Origin: Patellaria atrata CBS 101060
Lineage: Eukaryota
Length of the DNA stretch: 23,082 bases
Direction of reading: 5' to 3'
Assembly (NCBI GenBank): GCA_010093705.1
Contig: MU006115.1
Coordinates: 124,001 to 147,082, forward strand
This document shows, piece after piece, positions 10,020 through 20,517 of the stretch; positions within the stretch are counted from its first letter, which is position 1; each line of letters opens with the position of its first letter. The notes below the pieces were generated by a model. That model had not been told where the DNA came from, did no database searches, and was given only the letters and a program-made list of their open reading frames with translations. The translations under genes were made by a program, and so were the position numbers.

Positions 10020-11990
10020 TCATGCGTGTTCTAGTTGTACGCGCTGACTCTTCCTATTTCTCAACTCGACCAGGGTGGGTATCATCGCCTTCCGATCTAC
10101 AAAGCTCGCCGGCTCTGCAGGATCGTTAGGGAGTTGTAGCCGACGATTTGGCCGGGATACTGACACTTGGCGAGCAATCTGGATACTTGCGATCGTGCTT
10201 GTGGTCACCCCGGTCAACGGTGTGTTTGGAGATAGCGTGCCTTCGGTGTTTGCGGACGACCTCGAGAGAACGGACCAGTGGGGCTCCTGTAAAGCTGGTC
10301 TCCAGGATTGGCTGTCTCTCGAGGACCTTGCGGATAGTGGAACGTCACTGCCGAAACTATGGCGGTTCGGACTTGGGGTCAAGGGTGTTAATGGATTCAT
10401 GTTGAGCGGGGAAGGTTTTATCGGAGCAAACGCTGCCTTATTTGGTGACAAGCGTACAGGGCCTGTAACGGAACGCTTGAGGGGTCTTTGGGAAGGAGCT
10501 GGCGAGGCTGTACGTGGCGATTGAGATCCTAGTGTATCGATTGGAGGAAATAGGGATAGACGTGGTGACTTTGCTGGCTGAGGAAACAGGGACAGACGTG
10601 GGGATTTCTCTGGAAGAGGGGATGTAGTTCTCCGTCGTGGTTGTAGGGACAAATTGCCATCACGTGTCGGTTTCAGCTGCAGAAAGATCAGGTTTTATAT
10701 CATCAAGATAAATGTTGAACTGCTTACCTTGTAAGGCATCTCATGTAGGGGTTTTAATCTATCCGCAGGACCTTGCCTCCTTGACAGCAAAGACGAGGAG
10801 GAGCTTGCAGCGGTATTCAACACATTGCCAAACATGACACTGTATCTTTCCATTTGAACACTGGGTATATCTACATCCAGAATACGTGCGTTGGAAAGAT
10901 CTGCCTGTGGAGGACTCTCTGGACCCGTAATCGTGAGTTTAGGCGTCCGAGGGCTTCTCCATGGAAAATCTTTTGGTGGAGGTGGAGGACTTAGTTCCGG
11001 TTCATGACCGCTCAGATACGGGAAAGTCTTTGATCTTTCTGTTGGTGGTCTGGGTTTCGATATCTCCAACTTGGGTCTTAATACTTCTGCCTTCTTCTTT
11101 CCGCTATCCGCCTTTTCTTTTGGTGACTGCTTCGTAGACTTTTTACTCGTCTCTGAGCTACTCTGGGGTTCCCCAAAAATGTTCGGGTAAGCAAAGCTCT
11201 TGGAAGTCTCAGCTGAGAACACATTCGGATAAGGAAACGCCTTTAGCTTCTCTGTGCTCGGTCGTGTCTTTGTAGAACTTTTTCTTTGCTTCTCGATTCC
11301 TGTTTTACCCTTTTGTTCCCGACCTCCTGATACCGGGGTAGCAGGAGAAGCAGGCCCTGATGTATTTCGAGGAGTCGGGATCCGTAGATCTCCAGACACC
11401 AGGAGAGCTCCGCCCCGTTGTTCCTGCAACTGGTAGAACTGAGAGCCCAGTGTTGGTGCAGATGCTTTCCTGCCAAATATGCTCCCTATCGACTTCCATC
11501 TGCTGAACTTGGGCCTCTGATCGTCGGAACTGATATCTTGTACCTCTTGTTGAGCGTCACTTGAAATGATAGTGGTAATGCTGCTTTTCGGGGTTCTAGT
11601 ACGTGGCACAGAAGGGTGGGCATTCCAAGGTGAATCCATTGTTGGACTTCCAAGAGCCACTCCAATTGGACTATTGGGGTGGATTTCCGCCGTGTAGAGG
11701 AGCTTTGGTGATCGCGCGTAAACCCGCAACGCCTGCCCATCAGGAGTAAGAGCTCTCGCCGCTGATGATAGTTCCACCACTGGACCCCGCTCTTGTCGTT
11801 CATTTGAAGTACTTGGCCTGGCCACATCTCTCAGTGGATCTATCAGCGCCTCGAACTTTTCCTGTGTTGATTTTGGTTTCCCAGTTCGTGGATTGCTCGG
11901 TAGTCCTTTCCTAACTACCTTCGGGGAAGGTACTGGGCTACCCTCGTCCCTTAGTCTCATAGACCTAGATCTAACCAATGGTTTCGCCAT
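10020..11990 (-). CDS. Uncharacterised 639-aa Ser/Pro/basic-rich, largely disordered protein with short motif-like islands
   Basis: Exon 1 is 11990-10728. The intron is 10727-10677 (GTAAGC...CCTGAT...TGCAG, 51 nt). Exon 2 is 10676-10020. Splicing joins the two long minus-strand ORFs in frame (…MPYK|LKPTRDGNLSLQ…). Motif-like islands include PIGVALGSP, WKSIGSIFGRK, LDVDIPSVQMERYSVMFG, IARQVSVSR and the C-terminal NRKSQRVQLEHA. Confidence 0.85.
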
Positions 11991-13378
11991 ATCTCTATGC
12001 TTCTCTAGTTAGAGACTAAAAGTAGCATCAAGGAAAAGAGAGCTGAAGAGTGAAGACCACTTTCTCTAGGGAACATTCGAATTGAAAGATGAAAGAAGTC
12101 AGGACATGGACCAAAATTTCAACAGAGCGGTGATAGGGTCTTGGTGTGATCAAGAGGACAGAAAGCTCAACAAGGGAGATAGTTATCAAAATGAATTAGA
12201 GCAATCATGCTCGAGAAGCACCGTGGGATTCCCGAATTGAGATGAAAGGGTAGTCCTAGGTCACGAACGTTTCTAGACCACAGGTACCAAAGGAAAGGTA
12301 CAACGGTGAACTGAGAAATGTGCGTAGACAAGATCCAGTAGGATGCAGATAAACTGATAAAAGGCTTTGGACATTGCGGGAGAATGAGCATATTACCGCA
12401 ATTCGCGGCGTTTGACGCTGGATACGGGGTCATTTTCTGCACCCAGTGTTTTACAATAAGCATTTCTCCAGATTTGCTTGGTGGGTTTGAAGAAGAGTTG
12501 GAGTCGACGGAAGAGTTGCAGATAGATCCTTGGAGGCGTTTCAAGTCCTCAACCCCTGGCGTGCCTGATAATAATACCAGCTTCATAAGATTAACTAGTA
12601 CATTTGCACTGCGGCACGAGCATTATTACTTTTCTTGATGGAGCACGGAATACTGTACAATGGTTGAAAATGAGAATCATTGCAACTTAATTAGAGATTC
12701 AAACACTGGACAGTAGATAGCTAATAAGACGCACCACGACCGACGATGCAAACAAGTCAAGAGGTGCAAACAGGCCAAAAGGGGGTCGGTTGCAAAACGG
12801 AATTACTGTATACAAACCTCCAGGTCTCGACCGCCTTCATAAAAGGTAATAAGAAGAATTCTTCAACAAAGAATCGGCGCGGTAAGGTGAAGTACTCCGT
12901 AGTGTTAGTCAACTTGTACTGTACAGAGTATACAAGTACGCGAGCTGCTGCCTACGGAATAGTGTGCTTCTCTCTGATGATAAGGTGATAGTAGAGCTTA
13001 CGAATGTCTAACTATCCTAATCGTAAGCCTTGTCGAAGCCTGAGGCGAAGGTTGGTCGAGGTACCCCGCGCTCTGCATGTCGTACCCTTCCGAGCAGAAG
13101 AGTTACTCCCGGCCCTGCTCAAGGCCCAATAAACAATCATTTTGGCCCTAGCATAATTGGACATCCTGAACTTTGCAGACAACCTTGGGTGATGACGACG
13201 GAGCTGGAGGAGCGGTTATGAATAACATCCCGCCCGGCGATAAGTCGTACGAATTCGTAGACCAGCTTCCATTAACCTTGCCTTGACCTCTACAGTATTC
13301 TTTGAGAATTTCGGAAACCTCCTTGTGGTGAATCAAAAGAGCAACGCGTCTAATAGGACCTATTCCGATATTAGTAGA

Positions 13379-15253
13379 ATGGATAATCACGACGATTCAG
13401 ATGCCGCGTCCTTCGCTGACGAGTACAGTCCTACGGATGGGTATTTCAACAGACGAGACCATCCACAAGACCTCTACGTAGAAAGTCCGCCTACGTCGGC
13501 ATCAGATAAAAAAGCCACAGAAGCCGCCCAAGAAGCTGCTGAGCAGAGTTCATCAAGAGGCCAAGGACAGATACTTAGAGCAAGGGAGTCTCAAAGCCAC
13601 ATAAGTGAGAGAACTCCTTTACTTGATACCAGACATCCACCGCCCACATACGACGACGCTATAGCAACGGGAAGCCATCCACCTGCAGCAGAGAGGGTCC
13701 CACAAGAGCCAATCAGTTGCTCTCCATTAAGATCAGAACTTTTCGTTGTGGACGGAAATAGACCCCCAGAAAGTATGGGGGGACCTAGGGAGTACGAGGA
13801 CGTGGAACCGGTTCGAGGATATCGAGACTTGCGTAGACGTAGAGACTTTAGCACTCTCTTCTCATTCAAAAATTTAGTAAAGGTCTTGTGTTTCCTTGGT
13901 ATTGTCACCATGGCTTCATGGGTTGTTGGAGTGATCCTCGGAAGTGATCCAAGGAATACACCAGACGTATGCTTGTCATTCTTGTTGTTTTTGCTATAGT
14001 CCGTACTGACAGGCTTCTAGAACGAAAATTCAGATCCCTTCACAGATTTGCCAAAAGCACCAAAGGTACTTCCACCACCCTGGCCGGAGAGTTGTGCCTT
14101 GAGATCGAGTTCCGGCAGTGCTACTGTAGCCTACACGAACCCAGATGAATTTCGATTGATCGAGCTTATCGACAAATATGACCAAATCGAAAGTAGAGTA
14201 AATGGTAGGATTAATATTCTTCCAGCACCAAAAGAACAACAAGTCGCGATTACCGCAGATATATCGTATACTGTCAGCAAGCCGTTTTCGATCAAGCAAC
14301 TCGATCACGTTAAGACACCTACCGAACTGTATATACAGTTGCCCACCTTAACAAACCCATACTTTGCAAGGAGATGGAACATATTTAGCAAAGCTTGCAT
14401 AAGCATCACTTCGACTGTGTACATCGCCCCTGAGACCACATTGAAGAACCTGGAGATAACGTCGGCTAATTTGGATCTGAGGATCGATCCAAAACTGGCC
14501 ATGGTCGTTGTGAATAGCACAGATATTAAACTCACTTCAGGGCATCTTTCATCGAGATCCAATACGGCTATCTCTTCGTTCCGTTCGCGCAAAACCAGAA
14601 TCGATCTTTCCAGCGGCTCCGTGTCCGGAAAATATTCCCTTCTGGATCTTCTTTCTGTGAAGACACAGTCTGGTTCCATCAATATCGATGTCGAACCAAA
14701 AGAAGCCGACGAAGACGATCCTCAGCCAGCCGAATTCTCAGCGAGCTCGAATTCCGGGAGCATCCGGGTAATGTTTCCTACGGATTCTACCATCCCTGAC
14801 CGTGAATATCATACCACCATCAATGAAAAGGACGGGTCTGTTAGTGGATCACTTATCCATGGTACAAGTACATCGATAACGTCCTATTCAGGATCAATAT
14901 CGGTTGATATCTTACCTTTTGAAGCGGACCCGGGACGCACCACTCTACGAACCAGTTCCCATTCCGGCAGTCAGGCTGTGAATATTTTAACTCCATTCAA
15001 GGACGCAGGAACTCCTATGAAGCATCTCCAGAGCTCACATAAAAGTAAAAGTGGCCAACTTAGTATGTCGTATCCTAAAGAATGGGAGGGGGAGATCAAA
15101 GGTAGCGTGAGTAGTGGAAGTGTCAAAGTCATCGGTGAAGATATTGACACGATAAGAGAAGGAAAAGGGGGTTATTTGTATGAGAAGGGCAATGGGGAGA
15201 GCTCAATGGACTTTGAGAGTAACAGCGGTAGCGTTCGGATTCGGATAGGTTGA
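13379..15253 (+). CDS. 606-aa type II membrane protein with a C-terminal beta-strand repeat domain (DUF4097/'putative adhesin'-like)
   Basis: Exon 1 is 13379-13966. The intron is 13967-14020 (GTATGC...ACTGAC...TCTAG). Exon 2 is 14021-15253, in frame. An acidic N-terminal tail precedes a single TM segment (LVKVLCFLGIVTMASWVVGVILG, ~13874-13942) that follows a basic RRRR stretch. The C-terminal part has repeated SSGSV/QSGSI/NSGSI/KDGSV/YSGSI/NSGSV beta-repeat signatures. Confidence 0.8.
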
Positions 15254-16277
15254 TACAGGCCTACTTATCCTGGGAGAAAGCTGAATCTTGACTTACCGAT
15301 GATGTTGTCCCAAGGATGGGCATATTCTGTTTCTTGATAGCGTTTTAGAGGTTTCTTTGAATTTCTGGTGTCACAGGTATCATGAGTATACAGTACTATA
15401 ATCGATACAACTGACTTGATACCCCCATTGAAGATCTTGGATAGTGGTTCCTTTGGATTGTAATGGGTGGAAGTTCTGTGTCTGTTCTTGTCTGTCTATT
15501 TAGGACCAAAGTAATACAAAGTAAAAGAGATGATCGATGAAGCTTTCTGCTCAAGTAGTGCTTACAGTGTCTAATTCTCATGAGCCCTTCTCCCTAGGCC
15601 TGGCGTTGATTCACACGCTGCAAGCGAGAAGTCATCTAAAACTGGAACTACAGAGTACGTACAGTATGAGTTGACATCAAGCTGCAGATACTACGTGAAC
15701 TAATGAAAGGAATCTCTCTTGAAATGCAAATCCTTCGCATCGCTTTCCCCTTTAGTAGATTCTAGGCAGCGGCCGTGTGCTGATTGCTGACCCATTCTCA
15801 GTACAGTAGAAGGAACTAACACGTAATTAAATCGGCGTGTTTCTTCAGCCCTGTGCTCGACCTCTTGGATGATTGATCCCAATATCTTCCTTTTAATACC
15901 CTTTTACTCCCTTATTTTCTGTGACTTGACTTTCCTGGGAAAGTTAGACGAATTCAACATTAAAATTCAGTGGACGAAAGTTGTCGGCGTTGAACTTGCT
16001 TCTGCCTCTTCCGCTCGGTGCCGTGTGCCAGCGAAACATCATATAGAAACCTGGAACTTCCTTATAGCAGAGACCAGCAGGGTATTACGACACTCATCTT
16101 CAACTACCATACACTCGGTTCATGAGCAATTACAGCTGATTATTGCACTCGTCTTCTATCCCCAAATTGATGTAGTCATAGTCTTGAAGCGCAAATACCC
16201 CTACTCCTCCAGCCCTGCCATCATCGCAAACAGAATTCCCACCAGGTGCCGACTCAACCGCCTGGCCTATAGGTTCA

Positions 16278-19200
16278 ATGCACGCCATACGGCAATCTTG
16301 TCGCCCGAAACACCAAGTACTTGTTCTCAAGTGCTATCCAAAATTCCAGAAGAATAGCAATGTGGAGGCGAAGCCAAATTCGAGCGAATTGAGCTACCTT
16401 CTCTTCTATGCAAGTACGCGCAGGAGCAAACTCCAGAAAGTTGCAGACTTCCTGGATAAGCGTAATAATACAGATGTGTACAGAGCGCGTATAGGGTACG
16501 TTTGACTGTGGTTTGAGTGAACCTGTACCGCTACCCGTACATTCTTTGTGCTGACACGGTCTTATCCCAGCAATATTCAGGTGACCCTCCAGATCCTCAA
16601 AGCCCTCATTGAGAAATGTCCTCGCGACCTTCCACTTTATGGTTGGGCCATACTCCGCATCTTCCGCACAATCCTCTCCTCGAATGATATCACCATAGTT
16701 GAAGATTCAGTTCCAGTGTTTCAAACCTTCTGCTCCCATCAGGATCCAGCATTTTTGGCGGCAGATCAAGATTTTAAAGACCAATTTGAGAAGATCGTTG
16801 ACCTATATGCTACATTCGCCTCCAAAGATGACCCAGGTCCGACCAAATCTCTCAGCGTTCCAATCGCAATTAGGTTCAGGAAAGCTGGACTGGATGCTGT
16901 TAAAAGCGTTGCCTCCTCAGATGCGCTAAGTCTCGAGACAGAAAGGCAAAGATCCGAGACTGGAAGACAGCTGAGGGTTATTGTTTCTATAATATTACAG
17001 AATCTGTACTCGGATACTGGTAGCTATCTTACATTGTTGGAGCGGCGGGAGAAAGAGAAAGAAGAAATCGAGAAAGAATCTGCGCAGCGGAGAAGACAAA
17101 GTATATCAACGGTCAGGACTGCGGATACGAGTGATGGGGACCTTCTCGCTGCTTCTGGAACCGCAGAAGATGCTGATAAGCTGGCAGAAGAGGCTGTTGG
17201 GATCGATGCGTTACAAGCACTTCGATATATCTTTACAGCCAACAATAGGACGCAACTTCGACTTGCTACATCTGCTGTACTGAAGTTCATCGCGGCAAGA
17301 ATAGAGCCGGAAGAGCAGGTTCGCCGCGAATCTTGGACCTCAACGAGCGGTACATGGGCAACTACATTATTTAAGCTGATCTGCGGTTGGGCGCCCGTAC
17401 AAGATAGGTTCGTAATCTTAGTAACCGCAATGGAGACATTGATTCGCAGCCCAATTGTAGAAGCCGATCTTGAGAGACAACTAGTTCTTGCTTCTATTGT
17501 AGGCTGGCTTTTAAGCTCACCAATCAATTTCGTTGGTCTTAGTGTGATGGACGTTCTCATAGGTTTTATTTCACACATTCTTCTTCTATTACAATTAGGG
17601 GGAGAGGGTACAACGCTATTTCCCCATCACCAACAGACGGATGTAGTTGGAACCAACCAAACACTGAAAGGCGCTGATATTTCGCCTTTGCCAGCGGGAA
17701 ACTTAACAAGCACCGTGGTCATGGAGGTAGTCAAAAGCCCTTCAAAGACCAGAATCAGGCTGCTGGACCAATTACAGACTTGTATAGGCGCTCTTGCAAC
17801 TCATATTTACTATACCGACCAGGTTTCTGATATGATAACTGCAATCCTTTCCAGATTAAAACCATCTCCGGCTTCAGGGATCTCGAGCACGGCTGCCATT
17901 GAGGATCCTGTTGGTGCTACTAGGTCTATAACAGGTTCGGTAAACCTACAAGAACGGCCTAATACAGACGGATTTTTTTCCTTTGACGAAGCTCGGGTAC
18001 GAGCTTTGCTTGCCGTCAAAGATATACTGCTAGTCGTTAATTCACAGACGAAGAGCAAGGGATCAACAAATGCTTCGAGGGGTCGAATTGGCGTTGAAGT
18101 TTGGGAACAGACTCAGTGGCTACTAAGAGACCCGTATTGGGATGTTCGAAAAGCATATGTAGATATGCTTCTTACTTGGTTAGATCTGGAAGTAGGGAAA
18201 GGCGAGTTACGGGTAACAGATGGCCGCAAAAAGTCAAAATTACCTGAAAAGAAAGAAAATGATCTTCACCGGGGTAACAGTCTGGCTCGAAGGGCTGTAT
18301 CAAATGCGTCACAGCGCGATACTTCCCCTATACGTGGCAAGTCCATGTTCTTGAAGCTCCTACACCTAGCAGTATACGATAACGCGCTTCAGTATTCAGG
18401 ATCTGAATCGGATATTCTACTACTTCACCTTCTCCTTTCAGGGCTCGTCTCGAATCTAGGCGTCAATAGCGTACGAAGTGGACTGCCAATGATCATGCGG
18501 TTACAAGAGGATATCCAAGTGGTGGTAAATCCAAGTGCCAAAGTCCTCATAGGTAGTTTGGTTCACGGATACCTATGGTCGTTGAGCGATACTTTCGAAT
18601 TTGAGACGACTTCTGTGGGAAGAACGATACATGGAGAAATCTCCAGGAGAAGTTCCAAACATCTCTGGCTGCGAAAGATCCAAGTTCCTCCACTCCCATT
18701 AGATGCTATCGAACCCCCTCCGACCGGCCCACTTGCACCGAAATTATCGTCAGAGCTCGTGCAAAGTGAAAGTCTTAAACCTTTTGACGCACGTCAAGCG
18801 CTCGTAGATTGCATCAGTAAAGGATATACGTCATCACTGCAATCGCCACCTTCAAGCCCACCTTCTTCTCCGTCTCGCACACACTCCATTCCTATTCTCA
18901 CTAGGACCCTCACTCCTTCAACAAGCAATACCCAATTACCTCAAAAGATTCAAGAGGAGCTTCTTTCAGATTGGGACAAAGAAGCTTGTATTGCTGAAAC
19001 GGCCAAAAATAGTCCACGTTCCTCGTCTCTTACTGGATCCCGAACAACAGGGACCGGCCCGGGCTATAGAAATCTTCTTGGTGTTAGTGTTCCGACGGGG
19101 CATATCTCACCCTTTGATGTCAGTTCATCACCGGTGCACACTCAACACCCCCAAAGTCGTCCTCCTTCCCATGCATACGGTTTAGTCGGGAATCGGGGTG

Positions 19201-19916
19201 ATGTGCCTCGTTCTCGGCATGCGAGCCAGTCACCAACGCCACTTAGCACTTCCAGCGCTCGTTCCACCGTTCGTGTAGAAGATTTGAAGCGTGTTTTATC
19301 TACTTCCGAAAGGCACGGACTACCTTCTCGAGGCCGACAGAGCCTTGATCCTCGCCGCGAAATAGAGGAGGATACGTCAAGTGAGAGTGAAGTTAGCGCA
19401 GATTTTTCAATGTCTGAAATATCTTCCGTCACCGGTAGTGGAATCCAGACAATTCCAGAGCAGGAGCATGGAGATCGAGGTTTGGCCATCACCACTCCCA
19501 ACACCGGGAGAGAAAGAGAAGGTTCAGTAACTCCTCGACCAATACCCGGAGCCTTCCCACGAGGTCTTAGTGAAGCCACGGTCCGTAGTGAAGACTCTGT
19601 ACCGCCAGTGCCACCTTTACCCGCTTCCCTACGCGGGTCCGTATCATCTCCTATACCTTCTTCGCCACCGGGACCCCTAGCAATTACAACAGATGAGAAG
19701 GTTATTCCACAGAGTCCGGATAGCAACGGTGTAGCACCCAACACATCAGCAATATCGGTTAAGAAGAGTAAGAGCGTGAAGAGTACTCGGACTAGAAGTC
19801 ATAGTAGAGGTAGAGAACGAGGATATGTTAACAACAAGCCGGATTTTCTAGGGCTTTTGGATACAATTGAGACAGACGGTGCTGAAAGCGTGGGAGCAGT
19901 CCGACCACCGTATTGA
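16278..19916 (+). CDS. EFR3: Efr3, plasma-membrane scaffold of the Stt4/PI4KIIIalpha complex, 1187 aa
   Basis: Exon 1 is 16278-16495. The intron is 16496-16570 (GTACGT...GCTGAC...CCCAG). Exon 2 is 16571-19916. Diagnostic segments are PKHQVLVLKCYP, PNSSELSYLLFYASTRRSKLQKV, WAPVQDRFVIL, NFVGLSVMDVL and LATHIYYTDQVSDMI. A disordered S/P-rich C-terminal tail follows. Confidence 0.95.
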
Positions 19917-20378
19917 AGTTCTACGGACTTCTGCTCTATCATCATTTTGTTATGACCCCCTTTTTGCGTTTGTACAGTTCCGAATACCGTTCTTATACTT
20001 CTTTCTTAAAAGGGCGGTCGAGCGGGAAATCATTGAATTCTGGGAATATATCGGAGGTAAGGTTATGGAGAGTCCACGGTCTTGCATTCATTCACATTCT
20101 TGTACATTACCAATTTTACCTGGGCAGGGGGTTGTGGTGTAAACGGAAGTAGCGGCATTCAGATTACAATTCTATCAACTATCAACTGCATGATGGGATG
20201 AGCCAAGAATCGGGGAATATCCGAACGCCACTCACAGCATATCGGTGACCTCACATCCCCTCACAAATCAGCGCCCCTCCAGTTCATGGCCAAAATATAG
20301 TACAAACACTACTTAGGTTGAAAATTCTTTTAACTTACTCACCGCTCTACGCCCTCTTCGGGGTTTCTTCTATTTCAC

Positions 20379-20386
20379 TATATAAA
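20379..20386 (+). promoter_or_regulatory. Candidate TATA box of the BOR1-like gene
   Basis: TATATAAA starts 139 nt upstream of the ATG at 20518, followed by a pyrimidine-rich leader and a good initiation context (CACAATG). Confidence 0.5.
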
Positions 20387-20517
20387 GAACAATTGGAAAG
20401 TTCCAATGGCATCACGGCTGTCTTTTAATCCGAATCTCAATATGCGTTTATGATACTCATTTGCTTCAATTTTAGAAACTTTCTACTTTCCTATTCTAAT
20501 CACTAATACCTTTCACA

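Noticed and set aside
12384..12638. 84-aa ORF with YGVIFCTQC, reminiscent of a Zn-finger start
   Set aside because: It has no downstream His/Cys ligands, and it lies antisense to the probable leader/promoter of the 639-aa gene.
15869..16357. 162-aa ORF overlapping the EFR3 start out of frame
   Set aside because: Its ATG is upstream of the probable TSS pyrimidine tract, and its composition looks like translated UTR.
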